64,000 nucleotides of DNA from Eremomyces bilateralis CBS 781.70 (lineage: Eukaryota), in NCBI GenBank assembly GCA_010015585.1, contig ML975151.1. One strand, given 5' to 3'. Both the position numbers and the translations under genes were made by a program. Every line of letters starts with the position of its first letter. The stretch's first letter is position 1. The notes under the pieces are model-generated. The model was not told the DNA's origin and ran no database searches. It saw only the letters and a list, made by a program, of their open reading frames with translations. Shown here in pieces: positions 1-14,444 of this stretch.

Positions 1-123
1 TTTCTTGCTCAGGTTTAAGCTTTTAAACTTTTATGTCGTTTCATATCATTTCGAAGAGTCTTGGTTGCCTCCCAACATGCTGGCGAATACTCTGCAGAGA
101 GTCCCGCTCACCCCTTGAAATAG

Positions 124-2142
124 TGCAATGGCGATAAAAATGGATGCGCGAACTGTGTCCAAAGACAAATTACCTGCACCTACCGATATCACGAGGGAAA
201 GCGGCTATCAATCTCCCAGAAGGAGTTCGAACGTGTGCAATCCAAAGTCAACAATCTCGAGGCCTTGGTGGACATCCTTAAAACCGCCTCCTACGAAGAA
301 GCATTACAACAACTTCAGGAGCTGCGTCGTGACACAACATCCGCCTCTGACCCTATCTCGACATCGATGGACTTGCCGATAGGTGTCTCCCTCCAGTCAT
401 ACACGGATTCTGGAATCCATAATCTGGAAGCCAAGTCTTCCTCGTCAATTAGCTCTACTGACCTGGAAACATCTTTGTTCGAGTTGGAGTTGTACAGTAT
501 TGAGAATCTTCCACCTCGATCTGTCATCGAGACCTCTATTGCCGGGTTCTATAGTAGTCTTTCCTCACTTTTCTATGTCATGGAGGAGCGAACCTGCCAG
601 GCGATGATTGAGTATGTATTCGACGCAGGCTCGCCGATCTTCATTGCTGACCTGGGCGAGATCTGTGGGTTGGCTGCTCTGGGGGGAGGCTATGTGCCAG
701 AACCGTTACCGCTAGTCATTCGGGAGAAGTTGATTCGCACGGCTCGGGTTCATAAAGACCAGAGCATCGAATCACACCCGATCCGTGGAATGCGAGCGTT
801 CGCCCTGCAGGCACTCTACAACTTCTCGGAGAAGCGACTGGGTGTCCGCATGGATATCCAGTCAGGCTTAGCGTTGGCAAGATGGGTTGGCTGTGCGAAT
901 GTGCATGGTCAAGCCACCGACAAGCTCAGTCCTGTCGAATATGCGGAGTATACACAGCTCTACTGCAGTCTCATTTGCCTCGAATCCTGGTTTTCTTCCA
1001 CTGTTGGTTATCCCTCCGAACTGACTCGGCACGAGATAGCCAGTGTTGATGTCGACTCCTGCGTGACAACCAGAGCAACCAATTTTCACGCGCAAATGGC
1101 CAGCATCGGGGTTTTGACTGCTGATGTGTACCGAGCTATGTATGTTGAAGAGCAGCCGAGATTCAGTGCGGTACAAGAACTTTATCGTCGCCTCGATGAA
1201 TGGCCCTCGTCCCTTCCGGAGACCAAAAGACTCGGCAACATGATCCATACACGGGATCCGGAAAACCCGGAGCAGGAAGATGTTACCCTCCTTTTCGTTC
1301 ATATGCTCTATCTCTCCAGCATGATTCTCGTTCATAAGCCGCTTCTTGTCGCTTTAGCTGACCGATCACCCCATTCCCGCGCGTCTCCCGTTAGTCCCGG
1401 CTCAGAGGCCTTCGGCGAATGCAGTGCCATCACCAGTCCTCGCCTCGATTTGACAGCCATGGACCAAACCGTTCTCAACGAAGCATACAACCGCGCGATC
1501 CTTGGTGCCCACCAGCTCGTCCGCGTAAACAATCTCTTGGCTTGGCAACGAACCCCTTTTCGCCACTTCTGGCTTTGCATGAGCCAAACATACTCTGCCT
1601 GCACCGTCCTGTTGCACGAAGCAGCGCAGACCATGTTGATCCTCGTCTCTTACAGCTCGGCGTCGAGCAATCTGTATGGCTTCGCAGCAGGGAAGTGGAA
1701 CCCAATCCTCGGGGACGTCACTTTAAATGTACAGGAGAAGTCCCGCTCCATTGACACGACCGATGTTACTAGTGGCATGACGGACGGCGTTCTCGCGCGT
1801 AACGCCCCAGACCAAAGAATCGATGATGCCCTCGAGCGTGCATTCGCATGTATCCAGGCGCTTGGTGAAGCGCGCGAGTCGGATCCGGGCCACGTAGCGG
1901 GATGCTACGTCGATTACGCGAAGCCGTTGCACGCAGAGCTTGTGCTGCTATGGCGCGACATCAAGCCTCCCACTAGAAATGGTGGTGGTGCAGAACAGAG
2001 GGTGTTGGATTTGGGAACGGTGGCAGCGCGAGTTGTCGAGCTGTTGAGGAAGCCGTTCGGACATCCGGGCACGTTGGAAGATGCAGATGAAGAGGGCTCT
2101 AGCTGTGGCTTCATGGCCTGTAAGGGCAAGCTGTGGACTTGA
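124..2142 (+). CDS. Zn(II)2Cys6 fungal transcription factor with middle homology region (5'-partial; first exon not identified)
   Basis: After the acceptor-like GCTCAC...TAG (121-123), the frame reads CNGDKNGCANCVQRQITCTY (last four Cys of a binuclear cluster) and is in frame with ORF 235..2142. That ORF has a coiled-coil-like segment and a fungal-TF-like helical region. The first CxxC is presumably in an upstream exon. Confidence 0.8.
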   Translation, partial: CNGDKNGCANCVQRQITCTYRYHEGKRLSISQKEFERVQSKVNNLEALVDILKTASYEEALQQLQELRRDTTSASDPISTSMDLPIGVSLQSYTDSGIHNLEAKSSSSISSTDLETSLFELELYSIENLPPRSVIETSIAGFYSSLSSLFYVMEERTCQAMIEYVFDAGSPIFIADLGEICGLAALGGGYVPEPLPLVIREKLIRTARVHKDQSIESHPIRGMRAFALQALYNFSEKRLGVRMDIQSGLALARWVGCANVHGQATDKLSPVEYAEYTQLYCSLICLESWFSSTVGYPSELTRHEIASVDVDSCVTTRATNFHAQMASIGVLTADVYRAMYVEEQPRFSAVQELYRRLDEWPSSLPETKRLGNMIHTRDPENPEQEDVTLLFVHMLYLSSMILVHKPLLVALADRSPHSRASPVSPGSEAFGECSAITSPRLDLTAMDQTVLNEAYNRAILGAHQLVRVNNLLAWQRTPFRHFWLCMSQTYSACTVLLHEAAQTMLILVSYSSASSNLYGFAAGKWNPILGDVTLNVQEKSRSIDTTDVTSGMTDGVLARNAPDQRIDDALERAFACIQALGEARESDPGHVAGCYVDYAKPLHAELVLLWRDIKPPTRNGGGAEQRVLDLGTVAARVVELLRKPFGHPGTLEDADEEGSSCGFMACKGKLWT

Positions 2143-2460
2143 AATGACGTTTCCGCTGCAATTGCTACTCTGCAGATCTTCCTCTATATAATGTCGGTGT
2201 TATTTTGGATGCTTCACTGTGGAAAGTATCGGGGAATTCTCTTTGTGAGTCCAAGAAATTAGGAGTAACCGGTGGGGCAAAGCATGGTAACGTTAACAAC
2301 GATCATCACGATTTCAATTTTGGTCATCAGGTCTGCAATCCGACTTCGCTCGGAAAATCACAGGGGAAATACAAGAATGATAAAAGTATGTGCTGGCGCT
2401 AGGATGCGATTCGAATGAAATCAAACCACGATGCACTAAATCTTTGTTGGCTAACAATTC

Positions 2461-4609
2461 TTACACATGAGGGTCATCGACAGCCACGGGCGCCGCAGCG
2501 GAGATAGTCTCGTCCCCCTCACTGCTTACCGTGTCCTTGCTCTGCGGTCGGTCATCGCTACTCGATGTTGGTTTTGGTGGCTCTGCGACGATGCCGGCAG
2601 GGACGCCGGGGTGGCCGAAAGGAACTCCATCATCATCAGCGTCGAGTTGCATGAGATAAGTCTCCCATATCTCGATCAACTAGAACGATGTCAGCGGAGG
2701 CACATTGGCATTGGGTGATTAGTAACCAGCGGGATTGACTGGAGGGAAAGAAGGGGCAGGGGGATTTTGTGCCTACCTCTTTCTGGGCCTCCACCGCGCT
2801 TTCCAAATATGTCTCTACTCCGCTCTTGAAATCCTCCACCTTCTCCCGCTCAAACTTCTCTAACTCTGCCCGCATCAGCCGGCCCATGTCCTCGAACAGC
2901 AGCCGCGCTTGGTGCACCTTCCGCTCGACGTCCGCCACTTCCGCCTGCAACTGCGTGATCTTGTCCTGCTGACTCCGCCCCTGCCTCAGCAATTTCTCTT
3001 GGCTCTGCCGCCGCTTTTGCAGCTCGCTCTCCGCCGCGTGCCATGTGTGGTACGCCTTTTGCCGCTGTCCGAATGCCATCTTCACACTACCGATCAGACG
3101 GATGTACTCGTCAATTACGATTCCGAGCGTCAGCATATCCTGCTGCGCTTGTCGGTCGCAGAGTTCGCGGATGCGCATTTGCACGTCGGAAAGGGCGGCC
3201 AATGGGCCCGAGAGAGACGGGGATAGCTCGACCGCAGAGAGGGAGGAGAGGGAGGTGGAAAATTCGAGGCAGGCTTCGGCGAGGGTCCGGCGTTGGCCAA
3301 CAACGATATCAGTGGTTTTCTGAAGAGCACGGAGTTGGTTTTCGAGAGCATCGAGGTAGACTTTGCGGTCGTGGAACCACTAAGGAAACAAATCAGTATT
3401 GTTGTACGGTTCGGAATCAGACGGTGGGCGAGAGAGGGCATACATCGTCATGTTCAATGAACTTGCTGCCACTGCCAACAGAGAAACCAATCGATGCCAT
3501 GACACCTTTGCTTTCGCCAAGACCAGGGTCTTTTCGCTCCTTGTGTTTGATGTCGACAGTAAAAGACTCGCTTTCAAGGAACAGCTTGAGGTCCCCATCG
3601 TGCTGCAAGATCGGATGTGCAGCAATCTTGTTCAGCATTCGCTCCAACGCCTGTCGCCTGGATTCAACGAAATTGACGTCGAAACGATTCAATGCTTGCT
3701 TCTCCGGTGGCGGAGGCACAACGATACCTGGGCTGTTGTTATGTAATTGGGTGTAGAGCCATAGAAAGTCTCGGTATCGTCGTGAGACTTCGAATTCCGG
3801 GTTACGGTAGGCCTTTGAGGTCGTCTGCCGCATTGTTAGCTTTCTCCCGTTTGTCACAGATTTCATACACGATCCATACTTTCGTCCGGACTTGATACAC
3901 AGTATGCGAGCTCGTAAGATCCCCTACTTTGTGCGGATCTCCTACTATGATGTAGAAACTTGGCTTCGCCGCCTCCGAGACACTCACGCTCGGCTGAACC
4001 TGTCGCCTTAGGCCGGTAGTAGCCTCTGCCGGTTGCACCGGCGGGGGTATTCTCGCTCCAGCTCTAGAGGATATGTCTTCTTCAACCTCGTCATCCAGAT
4101 TGACGGACTCCATCATTCCGCGGACAGATGATGTCGCCGAAGAGCTCGGGACGGTTGCTTTAGGGGCAGGGCGCACCGGAGTGGCTGCACTGGATTGTTC
4201 TTTGAGAGGCGGCGCGGGAGGGCCCTCAGCTTCAGGCGCGACGAAACTGTCACCTAATGGGCCAAGCGGATCTGAAGCATCATCAATAGCTTCTAAGCGT
4301 GTTGGTTGTGTTCCGAATCGCTTGACGGGTCGATGACCACGGCTTCTGCCTGAGCGAGGGGCAGCATCGTCGGTAGATGTGGTGGTTGCGGTGGATGATT
4401 CTGGGACGGATTAACGATCCATTATATAGTAGTCGGAGTCTCCGGAATTGGTTACCAAGGCTTTGAGTGCTATCTTCGCTAGTCTTGGGGATACTCTGAC
4501 TTGAAGTTGATCGAGGAGGCTCATCTGCTACTGGTTTAGTGGAGGTTGATGGAAAGCCGAAAAGGGATCTCCTACCGCCCCAAGGAGAATCATCATGCCC
4601 AAGATCCAT
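2461..4609 (-). CDS. VPS5: Sorting nexin Vps5 (PX + BAR), retromer component; multi-exon
   Basis: N-terminus MDLGHDDSPWG, a DPLGPLGD motif, PX domain (VGDPHKVGDLTSSHTVY, RRYRDFLWL, VVPPPPEKQ) and BAR C-terminus (FEREKVEDFKSGVETYLES...IEIWETYLMQLD). The ORF pieces are joined by GT-AG introns. Confidence 0.93.
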
Positions 4610-4804
4610 GTTTGTAATTCTGCCGAGGAAACTGATAATAATCTAGAGGAGTGGGTGTAGGCCCGATGTCCAGACGTGATGTCACCGCGATTGTGTATCG
4701 GGGAGCTTACAGCTACAATAATGTGCTGTCAGTAAGTCGATGTTATGGAATGACCTGTTCCAACTTCCATGTCCAAACCGATGGTCCGTGCGCCGATTCG
4801 CATT

Positions 4805-4860
4805 GCTAGACAGCTAGAGTGAGACAGCTAGACTGCTAGAATGCTAGCAAGATAGCTAAG
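4805..4860. repeat. Cluster of GCTAG(A) short repeats upstream of VPS5
   Basis: GCTAG occurs five times, plus one GCTAAG, within 56 bp. Confidence 0.6.
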
Positions 4861-5097
4861 AGAACTGAACGGAATTGCAATTGTCTGCCTTGCACACAAT
4901 TTATTCTAACGCATAACTTATTCATTATGGCCATCTCTTCAGCAAGGTATCCGAATAGTATATCTTCTTGTATCTATCACCCCCATCTGGCAACCCCCGC
5001 TTGGATAAGCCGCTATCTATTCCAGATACGCCATGTATACATCTCTATTCAGCGCCATCTAGACTGATATCCAGATTCCAGAGCCTCTTCCACCCAT

Positions 5098-5722
5098 TTA
5101 CAAACTCGGCTTCGGCCGAATAACTCGTGCCTTTCCATGCTCGCATGTATAGCAGACAAGCCCGTTATCCTTCCGCCTCATAACTCCACGGATCATCCCC
5201 ATCGACTTCCCAAGATGGACGATATCGCTCTCGACAAGCAGGACAGTCCCTTCCGGTGCTGGTCGTATGTACGTGCAGTTCAACGTCCGTGAGACGTGAC
5301 CAGTGTCCCAGAAGTCATCCTTCGCGACCGGCGCGACCGTGACCGAGGTACTTGACTTGATCAGCCTGCTGTTCCCCATATGCGCCTATGCGCTAATACC
5401 GAGATACTCACCACATGTCGAACGCAAGTGCCACCGCTCCTCCGTGCAGGTTTCCAGTCGCATTGCATAATGACTTATCGCAGGTCAATTCGAACACGCT
5501 TTTCGCGAGGGTCGGATCGTTGGAGTCGATATCGACGGAGATCAGTTTGAGGTGTCCGCGCAGGTTGCCGTCAAAAAACTAGTTCCGAGCCATATCAATA
5601 AGTGATTGAAAATCTGCACAGGTCTCGTTTTTGCCTACTGGATAATTGGTGTCCTTCATATCGATCAAGAAGAGGCCAGCACGGGAGTTGGGCTCCGATT
5701 TGAGATCTAACCAGCGGACCAT
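5098..5722 (-). CDS. PaaI/4HBT-type hotdog-fold thioesterase; multi-exon
   Basis: The spliced reading gives FFDGNL...CNATGNLHGGAVALAFDM...GHVSRTLNCTYIRPAP...VHLGKSMGMIRG...CEHGK. Start ATG at 5722 is inferred. Confidence 0.85.
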
Positions 5723-6714
5723 GGTGATGGTGTAAACGCGAAATCCAAATAGGTAGGTATGGGGCGTACAAGCGCGAAGTCTCAATGGAGTGGATACGCG
5801 TCACACATTAGCAGAATATTGTAAAGGACCAAAAAGCATGCGCCGTGGATATCGAGCTTCAATATGTTGTCGTGAACATTTTATTCTATGCCCGACTGAT
5901 AGATATCGGATCTCGTTGGGTCCAACATTGGTCGTTTTGGGGACAGCCGAGGCTTTGCGCTAGGCTCTGTCGGCACTGGCAATCAGGTGGAATTGATCTC
6001 ACGCCAGAATGCCAAAAGCAGTATTCGTACTCCGTATCTCAATTTGCCATGAGGATTGCACCATCATTTTGCGCCAGCAGATAGTTTCTCCTGGTGGGGA
6101 ATATATGAGGGTGGTGATGCCCAGGGAGGATACACCTAGCCTGGTGCGGTAATTAAGGGAAACTAAGAGGAGATACCAGTATGAATGCACAGGGCACCAA
6201 GGGGAATATTCTTGATGTTACTGCCTTTTTCAGTTTATACGACACCGGGAGAGTATGGATTGTACTCGTAAGATACGACACAATAATAATAAGACATCCA
6301 ACCCTAAATAGCCTTCATTGTGGTTGTCACATGTTCCTGACCACCAAGGTCACTAAGGGAGTCACCGAAGGGTACGCAATTGACATATTTGCCATAACAT
6401 TGGCTCATTTGTACTATGTACAAGACATGCGACGTGAAAGTCGACATGGGAACAAAGCAATACCATATAGTCTTAGAGCGATTGACAGAGCGTCGTACAC
6501 TGCCAACCGTCAAGACTCCAACTCCACCGATGCCGTGACTGAGCCGACAGTCACAAGGGGTATCAAGAAATCCCTCACACGAAGCCCGCTGTTCCCTGGA
6601 AATGTATTCCAATGCTCATTAATTAAACCTTTTTGCCATCATGAAACCGTCAGAAATTCCTAGCCAGAGGAGGTCAACGCCCATTGTCGGAGTGAGAAAA
6701 GGAAGTGGATATCC

Positions 6715-8735
6715 TTAAACTGCATGCGGCTGTGAGGGGTCTCGAGGACCTGCTGACACATGGGCGGAGTATCCGTATCCCCTACGCGGACCCGTTTGCC
6801 GTCGCGCCTCCGGGGGCGGCGTAGGGAAACCTATCGCATTCACCGACTGGCCACCGACTTGGCTGGGGTACCAGCTGCGCGAGCCATTCGGTGAAGTCGC
6901 TCGGAAGTCCGGATCGTACGGTTGCATGAGATGTGCTTGGGACAAATAGCTCGCAGCATCATGATGCATGCCGCAGCAGGCACACGGAGAGCCGGAATCC
7001 TCGCGGATGACAGACAGGGAGGGTTGGAGCCGTTCTTCCTCTTCGGAGGAGTCGCCAGTCTCCAAAAATGTCGGGGCGGTGATGAAAGCCATTTGGCCAG
7101 CGGCAGCATTGGGGCAGCTCAATCCGGGATCGCCCAGTTGGCCAGTGGTGTTGGTGGTGGTCGGGTATATGTTCAAATCTGCAGGATTCGGAGGTCGCGA
7201 GTGCTGCCTGCTGTGGTAGCTGCTCTTCGACGTCTTGCGGGATAATGTGGAATCGAGGCGCATGGAGGGAAGGCTGACACCACCGTTGGTCGTACGAGAT
7301 TGCTGTGATGTTATCTCCGTTACGTCGGAGTGCATCCGAAACTTGTTGAAAGGATTGAAGCCGCCTTTACTTCCAATGGTATTATTGCTACCGTCGCCTA
7401 AAGCATCGTGAGAGCGCTTGCGGCCACCAGCCGACCAGGAAGCTGCGGATGACAGCTTCGAGCCGGTAGGGCGAGACAGCTTGTTCATGGTGTTTCGAAA
7501 GAAGTTCGCGAACAAGGCGCGGAGACTGGGTGCACTAGCGCATATCAGCGCCAAGTGGACCTCCACGTTGGCAGTATGGAAAAGGTTGTACGCAATCCCT
7601 GCGAAATAAGATGGAATGTCAGTGATGACTCGATAGATTAAACTGTATTGCGAGGGGCCAACTTCATGCAGGGCGCCCTGGCTGGTCACATGGAGATCGA
7701 AGCAGGGGAGCTTGCAAATTCAGGCCGAACCCAATAGCCCAAAGTACGAAACAGGCTGGGAACTCACAGGACAGGTCAAGTTTGCCAGCGGCTAGTTCAT
7801 TGATGAACACCGTTCGAGCAATTCCAGCCCCAACCACGCTGTCGAATCCGTCAGTGTCCGCGGGTGGCGATGAGCAGGGTTACACTCACAGCAGACCAAC
7901 AGCGAAGATCATATAGAGTGCGATTTTCTGTCGCAATGGGACTTGAAGATCGGAGAGCATGACCCATGGGATCAAAACCGCGATGAAGTCTCCAAAGGTG
8001 CTGAAGGCGCCGGAAGCTGGTGCAGAAATTTTGAAGTTCATGCAGGTGTATTTCCCAGTAAATGAGGGATCATAGCGCTGCCAATACGTGCCGAATGGGA
8101 CGCATGACAGGAAAGCGATGATAATGAAGACGACGGCATATAGAGCCGTGTATGCCAGCGCGGCCCAGACCGGATACATGTTCTTGCTACTGTAGCTACC
8201 AGAGCCGAGTCTGCGGTAGAAAAGCAAGATGGAGAACTTGGTGGCACTGGTGGTAATCATGTAGAACAGCTCGAGAAGCCATCCCCACTAGGTATTGTGA
8301 GCGACTTGGATCTAGTCAGGAGAATATGGGACGCACCATGCCTGATTTAGCCCAGATAGTATACGGGCTCTCCCAAATATGTCTGTCAAATCCAAGGTCG
8401 GCGGTCGCTGATCAGAGTCAGTAATGTTGACATTTGAAAGACGCTTCTCGAACTGACTATAGATAGCGCCAACAGTAAATACGATGCCAAACACCTACGC
8501 AAGGTTAGCAAGACTGCGATACAGAATATCTCAAAACACTGACCCATCCAACAGCGATGAACGCATCGTCCATTCCCAAAGCGCTGCCTTTCCTGGAATA
8601 ACGAATCCATAATCGCAATCCAACGATCCACGTACTTAGTAACATCAAGAGTGTCCCAGTCACGACCATGGCGATCTTACGATCGGTCCAATTGTCGAGA
8701 CTGGGAAGCTGGGCGACTGAAGGCGTGGTAGCCAT
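6715..8735 (-). CDS. Pth11-like integral membrane protein (fungal rhodopsin-like domain, no CFEM) with a long S/P-rich cytoplasmic tail
   Basis: Family motifs VGLRLWIR...LGMDDAFI, GFDRHIW, TKFSILLFYRRL, LQVPLRQKIAL and VEVHLALICASAPSLR, spread over several exons. Confidence 0.88.
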
Positions 8736-10199
8736 TCTGTCATGAACGCGCAGATTGCGCTCAGAAGGCGGCCTTAATCACTACAGCTCAATCAGTCGAC
8801 AACGAGAATGGATGGTATAGTGGAGGAAATCATAAGAGGGCTAAAGAAGAATCACTAAAGACATGGTTTGAGGGCTTGCGATGGCTTAGCAGCCGATGTT
8901 ATAGGAGAGAGGTTGGATCAAAGGGCCGATCAAAGCAGACTTCCTCTCTTTAGCTCTTGGAGCGTGCATAAAGTGTTCGGAAATCTGTTGCAACAGAAAC
9001 GCTTCATCATGGCGTAAAACAATAGTGACCGGACAGGCAGACATAGTGTCGGAGCGCGGACGAATAAGCGCCGTCGAAGTTCCCTATTTGCGTTGGCGAG
9101 AAAGTATAATTCTAAACACGTACCTTGACTTGGCGATGGGGGGGAAGACGCGAAACTGAGACGAGGATTAGTCGGCTCGGTTTCGGATATCGGATCCCAT
9201 CTGACTTGAACATAGAAACCTCGTGGGAAAATGCAATCGAAAGACACTTGCAGACTGTAATACTGGGGAACTGAGTTGATTAAAGGAGGGACTGATACAC
9301 AAAATCCCTTCTCCAACAATCCTCAGTTCATTGCGTGGCGTTACCAAATCCAAGGAATCACTTAAGGTCCGTGGGAGTTAGAACGATTGCTGAGGCGATA
9401 GCGTCACAGCGTCCAGGGTGGAGAGGAACTTTCTCATTTTTGGCATGTTTGCCGTTTACCTTCGTTCGGTGAGTTCGGCCTTCAGGAGATCAGGTGGCTG
9501 CATGGAAAATTGCGAATATGAATGGCGGGAAGAAAGAGTGTCGCCGCCAAGCCCATACTCATGGCTGGGGACTTTTCACTTTGGCCTTTGGCCTTTGAGA
9601 GATAGCGCCTGGTAGGCGACGAACAGGCGGTCTATGCCGCCACCAGTGACCCACCACCAGGCTCCTTTAGGAGTTGAAATGAAAGACGATCAATATTGGA
9701 TACAGGGGAGAAGAGGAAATCGGGAGTGGCAAAGTGACAAGCCACCTGGTTTGCTAGCGTCTATCTTCGGAGTTTATGTACAACTTACGAGCAAGATCGT
9801 TGTCGACCTGGGGCTCATAATTCCTTTGACCGTCTCTTATTCGTTAACTTCAAAGTTTCTAACTCCTTTCGAGAATCATTCCGGGAGTGCGGGCCTGCAA
9901 AAGTGCAAAAGGGCACGTGGTTCGTTCAAACATGGAGGAATAAGAAATCTGGACCTTTCCCCGCACTCTATCAACTCACTGAAGCGCATCACCTGCAGCA
10001 AAGTGCAATCTGCATTGCCACAATAATCGACAAACCAGGACGTTTGGCAGGCTTAAAACAAGGAACATCGAAGTTCTGCAGCCCGGAAGGACGGCAAGTA
10101 CTACTCCTGAGCAGTATCGTCGTCTCTCGGAGTATTTGTCAACAAATATCATTAAATGAGGGACAACAGGGGAACTGGAATCCCCAATCAGCTCTGCAT

Positions 10200-10238
10200 C
10201 GTTCATGCGTTCATGCGTTCATGGTTTCATGCGTTCAT
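10200..10238. repeat. 8-bp minisatellite (CGTTCATG)n, about 5 imperfect copies
   Basis: cgttcatgcgttcatgcgttcatggtttcatgcgttcat. Confidence 0.8.
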
Positions 10239-12554
10239 CCAGAGTTCAGTTCAAGACAATTAGGTCTTCTACATCCTTGCTAACTCAAAGCACCTAGTTC
10301 CGACCGGTATTCCTGTTCCTTCCGCGCGAGTGTTTTGTCATGCGAGGTCAAGCGTTTCGGGTTCGTCATGCGAGAGGCCGAGAGCATACAGATCATTTTC
10401 AACCTGCCGAATGGAGAGACCCTGGGAGGCTGGGCTAACAAACCTGATCCACACCAGGTCGCCCAGTAAGGTACGGTAAGAAATAAAAACGTAATTAAGC
10501 CTTCAGGCGACCGCTGGATGAGCCTGGATCTCGAGTCGATTTCCTTGCCGGAATCGCCTAGAGATCACGCTAGCTTTCCCTGCCAAAAGAGAGGCATTCT
10601 AGAAGTCACGAATCGTTGAAGAATTTCTTTTCTATGCAAAGTCAAATCGGCTATACAAAGACGAGGTGGGTAATGACTAATGAGTATTCTCCCCAGGACG
10701 AGATTTGCTCCTCCCGAAGAGCAGCCATCAGAGAATAATGCTGGAAGAACCCCTTCGTTGGTTCAGACCTCAGCACCTTTTATCACCCTCCTATTGGCTG
10801 ACGCAAACGCTCCTCCCGCCCTCATCCGTGGTAGGAACTTAGAAAGTTGGAAACGAAGCTATCGGTAATCGGCCAGGTCCAAACTGGGGTGGCTGGAGGT
10901 GGGCTTTTGTAGGACATGTACGGCCCGCAGAGCCGATAGTGGTGTCTAGTGAAGAGCAAGGAAGCACCATGATCCCAGATGTCCTCGTGGTAGTCGGCTG
11001 TGTGCCTGTGTCCATTGGATGAAGAGGAGATCGACACCACATCACGCTTTTGTAACGCCTCTTTCCCCTGTCTCTCTGACCGTGCTCAAGTGGCTTTCCT
11101 CAGGGTCAAGGGCAAATGCGAATCTCTCGCATTTAGGATCCTCTTTCTGGTTCAAACTCTCACTGATTCCCTAATAATCAGTACTTTTTCAGCTGCTTGC
11201 AGATGGAAAATGGGTGGCGTTCTATCTCATTCTGTCATCCAAGACTTACTTTGCTCGAAGTTTAAATATTCTGGTTCTTTTGTCTGTGCATAAGATCCGA
11301 GATTGTTCCGTTGTTCGACACCTTGCAGACGAGACCCCGAGTACCTGGCTGAACCCGACCCCCCCTGCCAGCAGCTCCCAGGCTCGTATCCATCGTTGTT
11401 TCATCAGGTCTTTATTTCACGCAACCGTCTGTAGGCTTGGCGCTTGTAGCTGTCGCACATGCCGACTCTCGCAATAGTAGGTGAACCTGGTTTTCGAAGA
11501 TTCTGACGCGCACATATTGTGGACCCCAATATGTCTGAAGCACGATCTGACGATTGACGAACGGGGACTACTATGATCAGCAGATCAGCAGATCAATTTT
11601 CCAAATTTCAATGCGCCGCCGCGATTAGGTACATCCTCGACCCTCGTCGCTGTGGTCGGATGTCAAGCGTGAAGCGACCGCCTAACATTGCGCCTCGGCT
11701 TCACAGTTCACGCCTCATATGAGGTGTTGCAAAGATCTACAGGGCAAAAAATACTCCCACATACCCTGTTGCCTGTTGCTTGTTGGTCATGCGAACAATC
11801 AGAAATCAGTGGTCAGCACACGGCAGTGGTGGCCAGGACGCCAGGTCTCCTGAAGGTTTCCACGTTGTTCGATTTCACGCCTCTCCCCCTATCAAGATTT
11901 GAACACCATTCACACTGGTGTGTATCACGATCCGGGATTGGGGTGTTTCTCACCACACGCTTTCCATGTACCGCTACGATATTGGCTGATGTTGAATGAA
12001 TATCTCTCCGATCGAAACAACGTATTCAGCCTTGCAGCTATGGTTCTTCCTGTCCACAATCGCTGGCAGATGCCCGTTGGCAGATTTTCCCTGGGATATA
12101 TATTGATGCAAGCCTCTTCCGCTGTGCCCTGAAGGACAAGAGGCGCTGGCTACGTCTTATCATACTAACATAAGGTATAAGACATGACGCTGGTCCTCGG
12201 AGATTATCTGTTCGTACAAGGCAGAGGCACCTCCCATACGGATCGCATCTCCAATTGGGCATATAACCCTTTGCAAGTTATGTCATTGTTACTTCTCGTG
12301 TTGATATTTAATCCCCAGAGGCTGTCATTATGGGCGTTGTTCGCGTGCTCCTGAAGTCTAGTCTTGACATTAGAAGTCGAGATCTCATTACTCGTAATAT
12401 TCATTCTTGAGATTCCTATGATATAACTTGGCCGGATTTTTGTTTGGGCGTTTAGTTGAGAAAATTGTTGGCTCTCCTCCAGGTTCAAAGCCTCATGCTT
12501 CCGCCAAATCACCCAGGAAGCAAAAGTGCAGCAAGTCCTAGGATCATGTCGCAA

Positions 12555-14444
<1,890 letters not shown>

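Noticed and set aside
12204..12554. 116-codon open frame directly after, and in frame with, the carboxylesterase stop (possible read-through)
   Set aside because: The stop is TAA-T rather than the leaky TGA-CTA context, the peptide is unrecognisable, and read-through would destroy the GPI-type end.
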